This document shows positions 42,277 through 51,757 of a stretch of DNA of 64,000 bases, one piece after another (the first letter of the stretch is position 1; each line of letters begins with the position of its first letter). A program made the translations under genes and the position numbers. The stretch spans positions 2,883-66,882 of the forward strand of contig CAJYLV010000052.1 in NCBI GenBank assembly GCA_913776255.1. Reading direction: 5' to 3'. The notes beneath the pieces were generated by a model. It was not told where the DNA came from. It was given only the letters and a program-made list of their open reading frames with translations, and made no database searches. Origin of the DNA: an uncultured Sphingomonas sp. (GTDB lineage: Bacteria; Pseudomonadota; Alphaproteobacteria; Sphingomonadales; Sphingomonadaceae).

Positions 42277-43645
42277 AGGCTTCGCGGTAGCGGCGTACGA
42301 CGATCAGCGCGACGACGTTGAGCAGCAGGGTGATGACGAACAACGTCAGCCCGAGCGCGAAGGCCGCGAGCGTCTTGGCGGAATCGAACGCCGCCTCGCC
42401 GGTGAGCAGGTCGACGATCTGCTTGGTGACGGTGGTCGTGCTCGCGAACGGGTTGAGCGTCAGCGACGCGACGCCCGAGGCGGCCATCACGACGATCATC
42501 GTCTCGCCGATCGCGCGGCTGACCGCGAGCAGCACCCCGCCGACCACGCCGGGCAGCGCGGCGGGGACGAGCACGCGACGGATCGTCTCCGAGCTGGTCG
42601 CGCCCATCGCGAGGCTGCCGTCGCGCATCGACGCGGGGACGGCGGAGAGCGAATCGTCGGCCATCGACGACACGAACGGGATGATCATCACCCCCATCAC
42701 CACGCCCGCCGCCAGCGCGCTCTCCGACGATGCCCAGCGGACGCCGAGCGCGACGCCGAGGTCGCGCACCGCCGGCGCGACGGTCAGTGCGGCGAAATAG
42801 CCGTAGACGACGGTCGGCACGCCCGCGAGGATCTCGAGCATCGGTTTCATCCAGCGCCGGGTGCTCTGGTGCGCATATTGGGTAAGGTAGATCGCGCTCA
42901 TCAGCCCGAGCGGCACCGCGACCGCCATCGCGATGATCGCGCCGATGAAGAACGTGCCCCAGAACAACGGCACCGCGCCCAGCGCCGCACCGGGATCGCG
43001 CGCGTCGATCACCTGCGGGCTCCAGTGGGTGCCGAACAGGAACTGGGTGACCGGCACGATCCGGAAGAAGCGCGCGCTCTCGACCAGCAGCGAGGCGACG
43101 ATCCCGATCGTGGTAAGGATCGCGATCAGCGAGGCGACGAGCAGCAGCCCCATCACCACGCGCTCGACCTGCGAGCGCGCCGAAAAGCCGGGCCGGACGC
43201 GCAGGAAAGTGACCGCGCCGCCCGCGAAGGCGAGCAGCAGCGCGACAAGGGTCGCGATCCAGTCGTAGCGCGCCTGCGCGGCGGCATAGGCGGGGGCGAG
43301 CCGCTCGGACAGCGGATGGAACGCGCCCCATGCGTCGCCGTTCGCGAGGTTGCGCGCCTCCGACAGGATCGCGGCGCGGTCGAGCCCCGGCGGGGGGAGG
43401 GCGGCGGCCAGCGGGGTGGCGAGCACCGCGTCGGTGACGAGCGCGGGCGCAACCGAACGCCAGACCGCGAGGAACACCAGCGCGGGCAGCAGCGTCCACA
43501 TCGCGACGTACCAGCCGTGATGCTGGGGCAATGAGCTGAATCGTCGCGCGGAGCCGCTGCGGAAGCGTGCGGCGCGCGCGCGCGCGACGACCCAGCCGAT
43601 CAGCCCGAGCGCCGCGATCAGGAACAGGAGCGCGAGGGCCGACAT
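42269..43645 (-). CDS. pstC: Phosphate ABC transporter permease
   Basis: LAGVPTVVYG, SRAIGETMIV. Confidence 0.95.
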   Translation of the reverse strand: MSALALLFLIAALGLIGWVVARARAARFRSGSARRFSSLPQHHGWYVAMWTLLPALVFLAVWRSVAPALVTDAVLATPLAAALPPPGLDRAAILSEARNLANGDAWGAFHPLSERLAPAYAAAQARYDWIATLVALLLAFAGGAVTFLRVRPGFSARSQVERVVMGLLLVASLIAILTTIGIVASLLVESARFFRIVPVTQFLFGTHWSPQVIDARDPGAALGAVPLFWGTFFIGAIIAMAVAVPLGLMSAIYLTQYAHQSTRRWMKPMLEILAGVPTVVYGYFAALTVAPAVRDLGVALGVRWASSESALAAGVVMGVMIIPFVSSMADDSLSAVPASMRDGSLAMGATSSETIRRVLVPAALPGVVGGVLLAVSRAIGETMIVVMAASGVASLTLNPFASTTTVTKQIVDLLTGEAAFDSAKTLAAFALGLTLFVITLLLNVVALIVVRRYREAYE

Positions 43646-44709
43646 CAGTGCAGCTCGCGCGGGTCGAGCGGGGTTTCGCGGACGATCGTCGCGACGGCCC
43701 GTCGCTGGATCGCAGGCGGCGCGGCGATCAGCCCGCGCTTCACCAGCGGACCGCCGGTGCCCCATAGCGCGGCATATTGGCGAAGAAACGCGCGCAGGCC
43801 AGGGATCGCGCGCAGATGCGCTTTCTTGACGTAGACGAACAACGGCCGCGCGCCGGGATAGGCGCCGCTCGCGATCGTCGCATAGGTGGGGGCGATGCCG
43901 TTCAACGACACGCCACGCACCACGCCGGCATTCTGTTCGAGATAGCCATAGCCGAAGATGCCGAGCGCATTGGGGTTCGACCGCAGCTTCTGGACGATCA
44001 GATTGTCGTTCTCGCCGGCGTCGACATAGGCACCGTCCTCGCGCAGTCGCTGGCACCGGATGGCAAAGGCGTTGGGATCACGCTCGTGCATCCCGACCGT
44101 GTCGGGCTCGACCGCTTCGCAGCCTTTGGCGAGGATCAGCTCGGCGAGCGCGTCGCGGGTGCCGCTGGTCGCTGGTGGACCATAGACCTGGATCGGGATC
44201 GCCGGCAGTGCCGGGTTGACGTCGCGCCACAGCCGCGCGGTGTTGCGACGGCCGAGCGGGGCGGCAGCGAGCGCGCGATAGATGTCGGCCGGGGTCAGCG
44301 CCAAGCCGGGGCCTTGCAGCGCCTCGGCAAAGGCGATCCCGTCGATGCCGATCTGGATCTCGAGCAGCTGGTCGACACCGTGCCGTGCGCATTCGGCATA
44401 TTCGCTGCGGCGCAGGCGGCGCGAGGCGTCGACGAGATCGGGGTGCCCAGCGCCGACGCCGCCACAGAACAGGCGGATCCCCGCGCCAGTGCCGGTCGAC
44501 TCGATCACCGGCGGACGCGCGTGCGGCATGGTGGCGAGGAAATGCTCGGCGACGATGGTGGTGAAGGGGTAGACGGTCGACGAGCCGACCGCGCGGATCT
44601 GGTCGCGCGCGCCCGCGCCGCCGCCTGCCGCCTGATCGACGCACGCCGCCAGCCCGCACGCCAGAGCGAGCGGCAGCATGGCTGCAAGCGCCTGACCGAA
44701 GCGCGACAT
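43645..44709 (-). CDS. pstS: Phosphate-binding periplasmic (lipo)protein
   Basis: LAAC lipobox, GSSTVYP, STGTGAG, DASR, SGTRD, YPGARPLF. Confidence 0.93.
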   Translation of the reverse strand: MSRFGQALAAMLPLALACGLAACVDQAAGGGAGARDQIRAVGSSTVYPFTTIVAEHFLATMPHARPPVIESTGTGAGIRLFCGGVGAGHPDLVDASRRLRRSEYAECARHGVDQLLEIQIGIDGIAFAEALQGPGLALTPADIYRALAAAPLGRRNTARLWRDVNPALPAIPIQVYGPPATSGTRDALAELILAKGCEAVEPDTVGMHERDPNAFAIRCQRLREDGAYVDAGENDNLIVQKLRSNPNALGIFGYGYLEQNAGVVRGVSLNGIAPTYATIASGAYPGARPLFVYVKKAHLRAIPGLRAFLRQYAALWGTGGPLVKRGLIAAPPAIQRRAVATIVRETPLDPRELH

Positions 44710-44762
44710 GGATCCCCCGCATGGGCGTTCGCCGACACGGCAGCCCTCTTGCAGCGCGCCGT

Positions 44763-44791
44763 GTGACATAGAGGTTACGCCTTCATGACAA
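44763..44791 (-). promoter_or_regulatory. Pho box (three half-sites at 11-bp period)
   Basis: Minus strand TTGTCAT-gaag-GCGTAAC-ctct-ATGTCAC upstream of pstS. Confidence 0.8.
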
Positions 44792-45985
44792 CGGCTTCGG
44801 CGCCGGTGCCGGAAGGGTCACCGTGACCCGCGTGCCGACGCCGACGGTGCTCGCGATGTCCAGCCGCCCACGATGACGCTCGACGATATGCTTGACGATC
44901 GCGAGCCCGAGCCCGGTCCCGCCGATCGAGCGACTGCGGCCGGGATCGACGCGGTAGAAACGCTCGGTAAGCCGCGGCAGATGCTCGGGAGCGATGCCGT
45001 CGCCGTGGTCGGCGACGCGCAGGCAGACGTTCTGCGCCTGCGTCCACAACGATATCTCGACCGGGGTGCCGGCGCGCCCGTATTTCATCGCGTTGCCGAT
45101 CAGATTGTGGATCAGCTGCGACAATTGGACCGGATCGCCGGTGACCGGCGGCAATTCCTCGGCGATCTCCAGCTGGATATCCGCGCCACGATCGCCATGA
45201 GTGGTGATCAGCGCGTCGCATGCCTCCTGCGCGAGATCGGCGAGGTCGACCGCGGCGCGCAGCTCGCGGAACTTCTCGGCCTCGATCCGCGACAGGCTCA
45301 TCAGATCCTCGACCAGCCGCTCCATGCGCCGCGCCTCGTCGAAGACGATCGCGAGGAAGCGCTTGCGCAGGCCCGGATCGTCGCCGGCCTCGTCGGCGAG
45401 CGTCTCGACATAGCCGAGGATCGAGGCGAGCGGGGTGCGCAATTCGTGGCTGGCGTTGGCGACGAAATCGACGCGCATCTTCTCGGCGGCATGCTGCCCG
45501 GTGCGATCGACCAGTTGCACCAGCCGCGCATCCTCGCCGATCGGCGCGGCGCGCATCTCCCAGCGCTGGTCGAGCGTGCCGATCCCGACCAGATCGACCG
45601 GCTGCGTCACGCCCTCGGCAAGGTGCGCAGCGGCGCCGGGATGGCGGATCGCGACGCGCGCGTCCTCGCCGACGATATGCGCGCCGAGCAACGTCCGTGC
45701 GGCGACGTTGGCGAGCGCGACCCGGCCGCCGCGCAGCACCAGCACCGGCTCGGCGACCGCCTCGACGATCGCGGCGGCGGGCAGCTCGTGCGGGGGGGCG
45801 GGGGCCTCGTCCTGCGCGGTGCCCTGTTCCTCGGGAATAGTGGCGATGATGACGACCAGCGCCGCGCCGCCCGCCAGCGCCGCCAGCGCCGCCTGTCCGT
45901 CGTGCGACAGCAGCCAGACCACCGCCGCGGTGGCGAGCGCGATCGCCGCCGCGAGCCAGGTGCGCAAGGGAAGTTCGTCGATCAC
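44783..45985 (-). CDS. phoR: Phosphate regulon sensor histidine kinase
   Basis: DFVANASHELRTPL, NAMKY, RLTERFYRVD, GGTGLGLAIVKH. Confidence 0.92.
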   Translation of the reverse strand: MIDELPLRTWLAAAIALATAAVVWLLSHDGQAALAALAGGAALVVIIATIPEEQGTAQDEAPAPPHELPAAAIVEAVAEPVLVLRGGRVALANVAARTLLGAHIVGEDARVAIRHPGAAAHLAEGVTQPVDLVGIGTLDQRWEMRAAPIGEDARLVQLVDRTGQHAAEKMRVDFVANASHELRTPLASILGYVETLADEAGDDPGLRKRFLAIVFDEARRMERLVEDLMSLSRIEAEKFRELRAAVDLADLAQEACDALITTHGDRGADIQLEIAEELPPVTGDPVQLSQLIHNLIGNAMKYGRAGTPVEISLWTQAQNVCLRVADHGDGIAPEHLPRLTERFYRVDPGRSRSIGGTGLGLAIVKHIVERHRGRLDIASTVGVGTRVTVTLPAPAPKPLS

Positions 45986-46028
45986 GGGTCGTGCGATAGC
46001 GCAGCCGCGGATCGAAGGGCAGAGCGTT

Positions 46029-46376
46029 TCAGCGCCGCTGCGCCCCGCGCCCGATCCGCACCACGACCAGCACCGCGAGGATGATCGTGGTATCCGCCAC
46101 CCAGTCCATGATGTCGCAGTCGCGATGCAGCGCCGGGATCGACTGCAACACCTCGATCATCGCGCCGAGGAACGACAGCCGCTCGCCAATCCGGAGCAGC
46201 GAGCCACGCGGGAAGGCGAGCACCGACAACAGCGTGAGCGTGCCGAACGCCGCCATATGCTGCCATTTGTCGCCGACCGCGACGATCTGCACCGGATGCG
46301 GCATCAGCGCCATGCCGACCGCGAAGATGGTCGCGACGATCAGCGCGAAGAACCACGGAACGCGCACTTCGGTCAT
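46029..46376 (-). CDS. VanZ-like small membrane protein
   Basis: DKWQHMAAF...GAMIEVLQ...R..DIMDWVAD. Confidence 0.75.
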   Translation of the reverse strand: MTEVRVPWFFALIVATIFAVGMALMPHPVQIVAVGDKWQHMAAFGTLTLLSVLAFPRGSLLRIGERLSFLGAMIEVLQSIPALHRDCDIMDWVADTTIILAVLVVVRIGRGAQRR

Positions 46377-47044
46377 GCCAGTCGCTCCAGCGCGGGGATC
46401 AGTTCGGCGAAACTGTCGATGACCTGTTCGGAACCAAGCTCCTCAACCGGCTGCATCAGGAAGCCGAACGAGCAGGCGATCGCGGGCAGCCCGGCGGCGT
46501 GCGCGGCGGTGATGTCGTAGATCGAATCGCCGACGAACGCGGCGCGTCCGCCGCCGCAGCGTTCGACCATCGCGTCGATCGGCAACCGCGACGGCTTGCC
46601 GTTGCCCGGCCCCATCGTGTCGCCGCCGATGATCGTCGCAAAGCGGTCGGTCAGCCCGAGGTCGGCGAGGATCTGGCGGGCGAGCGCCTCGAGCTTGTTG
46701 GTGACGACCGCGAGCGTCACGCCCTTGGCGGCGAGCTGGTCGAGCGCGTCGAGCGCGTGCGGGAAGGGGCGGGTGAGTACGGCGATGTTCGCCTGATAAT
46801 GGTCGAGCAGCCGGCGTTGCAGCACATCCAGCTCCTCGTTGGTGCAGCCGCCGGTCGCCGCCATGCCCTGTGCGAGCATGTGGCGCGCGCCGCCGCCGAT
46901 CATCGGCTTGACCTGCTCGACCGTCAGCGTCGGGCGGCCGGCGCTGGCGAGCGCGTGGTTGAGCGCCGCGGCGAGATCGCCCGACGTGTCGAGCAGGGTG
47001 CCGTCGAGATCGAACCCGACGATGCGGAAGGGGAAGTCAGTCAT
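46373..47044 (-). CDS. gph: HAD hydrolase, phosphoglycolate phosphatase-like
   Basis: FDLDGTLLDT, VTNK, GKP, FVGDSIYD. Confidence 0.85.
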   Translation of the reverse strand: MTDFPFRIVGFDLDGTLLDTSGDLAAALNHALASAGRPTLTVEQVKPMIGGGARHMLAQGMAATGGCTNEELDVLQRRLLDHYQANIAVLTRPFPHALDALDQLAAKGVTLAVVTNKLEALARQILADLGLTDRFATIIGGDTMGPGNGKPSRLPIDAMVERCGGGRAAFVGDSIYDITAAHAAGLPAIACSFGFLMQPVEELGSEQVIDSFAELIPALERLA

Positions 47045-47106
47045 CGGCTGCGGGCGTTGCCGTGCGCTACTGGAATTGGCAAGCAAAGGGTGGCAGGGCG
47101 GTCGCC

Positions 47107-48453
47107 ATGTCGAGCCGCAAGATCGCCGTCGTCGTCCTCGCCGCGGGCAAGGGCACCCGCATGAAATCCGACCTGCACAAGGTGCTTCACCCGATCGCGG
47201 GGCGGCCGATGCTGCTGCACCTGCTGGCATCCGCCGCGACGCTGTCGCCGGAGCGGACGGTGGTGGTGACCGGCGCGGGGCGCGAGCAGGTCGAGGCGGC
47301 GGTGACGCCGCTCGGCGCGAAGATCGCGGTGCAGGCGGAACAGCTCGGCACCGGCCATGCGGTGATGCAGGCGCGCGCGGCGCTGGCGGGGTTCGCGGGC
47401 GACGTGCTGATCCTCTATGGCGACGTGCCGCTGGTGCGCGCGGAGACGATGCGTGCGATGCTCGACCGGCTCGACGCTGCCGATGCCCCCGCCGTCGTGG
47501 TGCTGGGCTTTCGTCCCGCCGACGCCGGCGCCTACGGCCGGCTGATCGTCGGCGAGGGGGGCGACCGGCTGGAGAAGATCGTCGAGTACAAGGACGCCGA
47601 TGACGCCGAGCGGGCGGTGACCCTGTGCAATTCCGGGCTGATGGCGGCGCGGGGCGAGCTGCTGTTCGACCTGCTCGCGAAGCTTGGCAACGACAATGCG
47701 GCGGGCGAATATTATCTGACCGATGTCGTCGAACTGTCGGGCGCGGCGGTGGTGGTCGAGGCGAGTGCCGACGAGGTGACGGGCGTCAACAGCCGCGGCG
47801 AACTCGCGGCGGTCGAGGCGATGTGGCAGCAGACGCGGCGCGCGCAGGCAATGGCCGATGGCGCGACGCTGATCGCGCCGGAAACGGTGTGGTTCGCGCA
47901 TGATACGCGGCTCGGGCGTGACGTGACGATCGAGCCGAACGTCGTGTTCGGCCCCGGCGTGTCGGTCGCCGATGGCGCGACGATCCGCGCGTTCAGCCAT
48001 CTGGAAGGCGCGACGGTGGGGGCGCGCGCGGACGTTGGCCCCTATGCGCGCCTGCGGCCGGGCGCGGTACTGGCGGAGAGCGCCAAGGTCGGCAATTTTG
48101 TCGAGATCAAGAAGGCGAACGTCGGCGTCGGCGCGAAGGTCAACCATCTGTCGTATATCGGCGATGCCGAGGTCGGCGCGCGCGCGAACATCGGCGCGGG
48201 AACGATCACCTGCAATTACGACGGCTTCTTCAAATATCGCACGGAGATCGGCGAGGGCGCGTTCGTCGGATCGAACAGTGCTCTGGTCGCGCCGGTGTCG
48301 GTGGGCGCGGGCGCGATCGTCGGGGCAGGTTCGGTTGTTGTCCGGGATGTTACCGCGGATTCACTTGCCCTGGCGCGCGGTCGGCAGGAAGAGCGCGGCG
48401 GTTGGGCGAAGCGCTTTCGCGACGCGATGACGGCGAAGAAGAAGGGCCAGTAA
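47107..48453 (+). CDS. glmU: Bifunctional UDP-GlcNAc pyrophosphorylase/glucosamine-1-P acetyltransferase
   Basis: LAAGKGTRMKS, LYGDVPL, EYYLTD, GPYARLRPG, HLSYIGDA, TCNYDG. Confidence 0.97.
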   Translation: MSSRKIAVVVLAAGKGTRMKSDLHKVLHPIAGRPMLLHLLASAATLSPERTVVVTGAGREQVEAAVTPLGAKIAVQAEQLGTGHAVMQARAALAGFAGDVLILYGDVPLVRAETMRAMLDRLDAADAPAVVVLGFRPADAGAYGRLIVGEGGDRLEKIVEYKDADDAERAVTLCNSGLMAARGELLFDLLAKLGNDNAAGEYYLTDVVELSGAAVVVEASADEVTGVNSRGELAAVEAMWQQTRRAQAMADGATLIAPETVWFAHDTRLGRDVTIEPNVVFGPGVSVADGATIRAFSHLEGATVGARADVGPYARLRPGAVLAESAKVGNFVEIKKANVGVGAKVNHLSYIGDAEVGARANIGAGTITCNYDGFFKYRTEIGEGAFVGSNSALVAPVSVGAGAIVGAGSVVVRDVTADSLALARGRQEERGGWAKRFRDAMTAKKKGQ

Positions 48454-48454
48454 G

Positions 48455-50278
48455 ATGTGCGGTATCGTCGGTATCCTCGGCCATGACGATGTGGCCGATC
48501 GCCTGCTAGACGGGCTGAAGCGGCTCGAATATCGCGGCTATGACTCGGCGGGGATCGCGACGATCGTCGATGGTGCGATCGAGCGGCGGCGTGCCTCGGG
48601 CAAGCTGGTCAATCTCGGCAAGGAACTCGCCGCGCACCCGCTGCCCGGCACGACCGGGATTGCGCACACACGCTGGGCGACGCATGGCGGGCCGACCACC
48701 AACAACGCGCACCCGCACGCGACCGACGAAGTTGCGGTCGTTCACAACGGGATCATCGAGAACTTTAAGTCTCTCCGTGAGGAGTTGCAGGCGCGCGGGC
48801 GCGTCTTCACCAGCGAGACCGACACCGAGGTCGTCGCGCATCTGATCAGCGAGCAGGTCGAGGGCGGCAAGTCGCCGGTCGAGGCGGTGCGCGAGGTGCT
48901 GCCGCGGCTACACGGGGCGTTCGCGCTGGCGATCCTGTTCCGCAGCCACCCGGAACTGCTGATCGGCGCGCGGCTCGGGTCGCCGCTGGTGGTCGGCTAT
49001 GGCGACGACGAGACGTATCTCGGCTCGGACGCGCTGGCGCTGGCGCCGTTGACGCAGCGGATCGCCTATCTGGAAGAGGGCGACTGGGTGGTCTGCGCGC
49101 GCGACGGCACGCAGGTCTATGACCGCGACAACGTGGCCGTAGAACGGCCGGTCACAATCTCGGGCGTCACCGGCGCGTTGATCGACAAGGGCAATCACCG
49201 CCACTTCATGCAGAAGGAGATCTACGAACAGCCGATCGTGGTCGCGCAGACGCTGCGCAGCTACCTGCAGCGGTTCGAGGGCAAGATCGTGCTGCCGATC
49301 CCCGACTTCGACCTGTCGGGCATTCGGCGCGTGACGATCGTGGCGTGCGGAACCAGCTTCTATGCCGGGATGGTCGCGAAATACTGGTTCGAGCAATTCG
49401 CACGCGTGCCGGTCGATCTGGATGTCGCCAGCGAGTTCCGTTACCGCGCGCCGGTGATGGAAGAGGGCGGATTGGCGTTGTTTATCAGCCAGTCCGGCGA
49501 GACTGCTGATACGCTGGCTGCATTGCGCCACGCGCGGTCGGAGGGGCAGACGATCGCGGTGGTGGTCAACGTGCCGACCAGCACGATGGCGCGCGAGGCC
49601 GACCTGCTGCTGCCGACCCACGCCGGGCCGGAGATCGGCGTCGCCTCGACCAAGGCCTTCTCTTGCCAGCTTTCCGTACTGGCGGCGCTGGCGGCAAATC
49701 TCGCCAAGGCGAAGGGGCGGCTGAGCGAAAGCGAGGAGCGCAGCATCGTCCGGCAGCTCGCCGAGGCACCCGCCGCGATCAACGGCGCGCTGGCGTACGA
49801 CGAATCGATCGAGGCGATCGCCGGGGTGATCGCGGGGGCGCGCGACGTGCTCTACCTGGGGCGCGGGACCGATTATCCGCTCGCGCTGGAAGGCGCGCTG
49901 AAGCTCAAGGAAATCAGCTACATCCATGCCGAAGGTTACGCGGCGGGCGAGATGAAGCATGGACCGATCGCGCTGATCGACGAGAACGTTCCCGTCGTCG
50001 TCATCGCGCCGTCCGGACCGCTGTTCGACAAGACCGTCAGCAACATGCAGGAAGTGCAGGCGCGGGGCGGAAAAGTTCTGCTGATCAGCGATTACGACGG
50101 GGTCGAGGCGGCGGGCGAGGGCTGTGTCGCGACGATCACCATGCCCAAGGTGCACCCGCTGATCGCGCCGATCGTCTATGCGGTGCCGGTGCAGTTGCTG
50201 GCCTATCATGTCGCGGTCGCCAAGGGGACCGACGTCGACCAGCCGCGCAACCTCGCGAAGAGCGTGACGGTTGAATAG
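48455..50278 (+). CDS. glmS: Glutamine--fructose-6-phosphate aminotransferase
   Basis: MCGIVG, LEYRGYDSAG, HTRWATHG, SQSGETADT, PRNLAKSVTVE. Confidence 0.98.
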   Translation: MCGIVGILGHDDVADRLLDGLKRLEYRGYDSAGIATIVDGAIERRRASGKLVNLGKELAAHPLPGTTGIAHTRWATHGGPTTNNAHPHATDEVAVVHNGIIENFKSLREELQARGRVFTSETDTEVVAHLISEQVEGGKSPVEAVREVLPRLHGAFALAILFRSHPELLIGARLGSPLVVGYGDDETYLGSDALALAPLTQRIAYLEEGDWVVCARDGTQVYDRDNVAVERPVTISGVTGALIDKGNHRHFMQKEIYEQPIVVAQTLRSYLQRFEGKIVLPIPDFDLSGIRRVTIVACGTSFYAGMVAKYWFEQFARVPVDLDVASEFRYRAPVMEEGGLALFISQSGETADTLAALRHARSEGQTIAVVVNVPTSTMAREADLLLPTHAGPEIGVASTKAFSCQLSVLAALAANLAKAKGRLSESEERSIVRQLAEAPAAINGALAYDESIEAIAGVIAGARDVLYLGRGTDYPLALEGALKLKEISYIHAEGYAAGEMKHGPIALIDENVPVVVIAPSGPLFDKTVSNMQEVQARGGKVLLISDYDGVEAAGEGCVATITMPKVHPLIAPIVYAVPVQLLAYHVAVAKGTDVDQPRNLAKSVTVE

Positions 50279-50279
50279 G

Positions 50280-51722
50280 TTAGCGGAAGTGCAGCACGCC
50301 GTCGTCGAGGCGGCCGCGCATCGTCAGCGTGTCGCGGACGTAATTCTGCTGCACCCGCCACGGCACGCGCTTGCCCTGGCGGGGGAGCCAGTCGGCAACG
50401 CGTTGAATATAGCCGGAATTGAGGTCGAGGAGCGGGGTGGTGGCTTCTTCGGCCGTGTGCGGAACGGGGGTGGCGGTGGTCGCGCCGGTGGCGTCCAGAT
50501 GGTCGAGCAGGCGCGCGACGAAGCGGGCGCTGAGGTCGCTGCGCAGCGTCCACGACGCGTTGGTGTAACCCGTTGAAAACGCCATGTTCGGCACGTCGCT
50601 GAACATCGCTCCCTTGTAGACGAGGTGGCGGTGCGGCTCGATCGTGCGGCCGTCGACCGTGAGCGTGGCGCCACCCATCAGCTTCAGGCGCAGACCGGTG
50701 GCGGTCACGATCAGGTCGGCGGGGAGAATGTCGCCCGATGTCAGCGCGATACCCTCGCCAGTGAAGCGCTCGATCGTGTCGGTGACGATCGCGGCGCGGC
50801 CATCGCGGAGCACGGTGAACAGGTCGCCATCGGGAACGAGGCAGAGCCGTTGGTCCCACGGATTATAGCGCGGCGTCAGATGCTTGGGGATGTCGTACTC
50901 ATCACCAAGCGCGGCGCGCTGCTGCTTGGCGATCTGGCGCTTGACCAGTCCCGGCCGGCGACGCGCGAGCGCATGGCTGCCGATCCCGTAAGCGATGCTT
51001 TTCCAGCGGTTTAGAACGTCGGCGATGCGCGTCGGAAGCAGGCGGGAGAGCGCCGCGCCGACCCGGTCATGCGCGGGCATCGCGACGATGAACGTCGGCG
51101 AACGCTGGAGCATGGTGACGCGCGCGGCGCCGTGCGCGACCAGCGCCGGGACGAGCGTGACCGCGGTGGCGCCCGATCCGATCACCACCACGCGCCGTCC
51201 GGTGACCGAAAGATCGTCCGGCCACGCCTGCGGGTGCACGATCCGGCCCGAAAATACCCCCATGCCGGGCCATTCGGGCGCATGACCGCGCGCATAATCG
51301 TAATAGCCGGAGCAGAAAAACACGAACCGGCACGTCAATCGCGCGGAAACGCCGTCGACCTCGTAGTGAACGGTCCAGCGCGCCGCCTCGCTCGACCATT
51401 CGGCGGCGGTGACGCGGTGGCGAAATCGAATGTGGCGGTCGATGCCGAAGGTGCGGGCAGTGTCGTGGAGGTAGGCGAGGATGTCGGCGCCGTCCGCGAT
51501 CGTCTTCTCGCCGCGCCACGGATGGAACGGGAAGCCGAGCGTCGTCATCGCCGAGTCCGACCGGATGCCGGGATAGCGGAACAGGTCCCATGTCCCGCCG
51601 ATCGCGTCGCGTGCCTCGAAGATCGCCCAGCGCCGGTCGGGACGGTCGTGGCCGATCCGGTAGGCGGCGCCGATCCCCGACAGGCCGGCGCCGACGATCA
51701 GCACGTCGAGATGCTCGTTCAT
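50280..51722 (-). CDS. Flavin-containing monooxygenase (EthA/AlmA-like Baeyer-Villiger type)
   Basis: GAGLSG, GGTWDLFRYPGIRSDS, F.GRIVHPQ.WP, GSGATA, PWDQRLC, YTNASWTL. Confidence 0.92.
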   Translation of the reverse strand: MNEHLDVLIVGAGLSGIGAAYRIGHDRPDRRWAIFEARDAIGGTWDLFRYPGIRSDSAMTTLGFPFHPWRGEKTIADGADILAYLHDTARTFGIDRHIRFRHRVTAAEWSSEAARWTVHYEVDGVSARLTCRFVFFCSGYYDYARGHAPEWPGMGVFSGRIVHPQAWPDDLSVTGRRVVVIGSGATAVTLVPALVAHGAARVTMLQRSPTFIVAMPAHDRVGAALSRLLPTRIADVLNRWKSIAYGIGSHALARRRPGLVKRQIAKQQRAALGDEYDIPKHLTPRYNPWDQRLCLVPDGDLFTVLRDGRAAIVTDTIERFTGEGIALTSGDILPADLIVTATGLRLKLMGGATLTVDGRTIEPHRHLVYKGAMFSDVPNMAFSTGYTNASWTLRSDLSARFVARLLDHLDATGATTATPVPHTAEEATTPLLDLNSGYIQRVADWLPRQGKRVPWRVQQNYVRDTLTMRGRLDDGVLHFR

Positions 51723-51757
51723 GCCGCCCCCTTACGGGCGCGGACTGGCCGTTGTCA

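Noticed and set aside
50279-51722. Tn7-like element downstream of glmS
   Set aside because: No tns genes or Tn7 end repeats; an ordinary gene abuts the glmS stop
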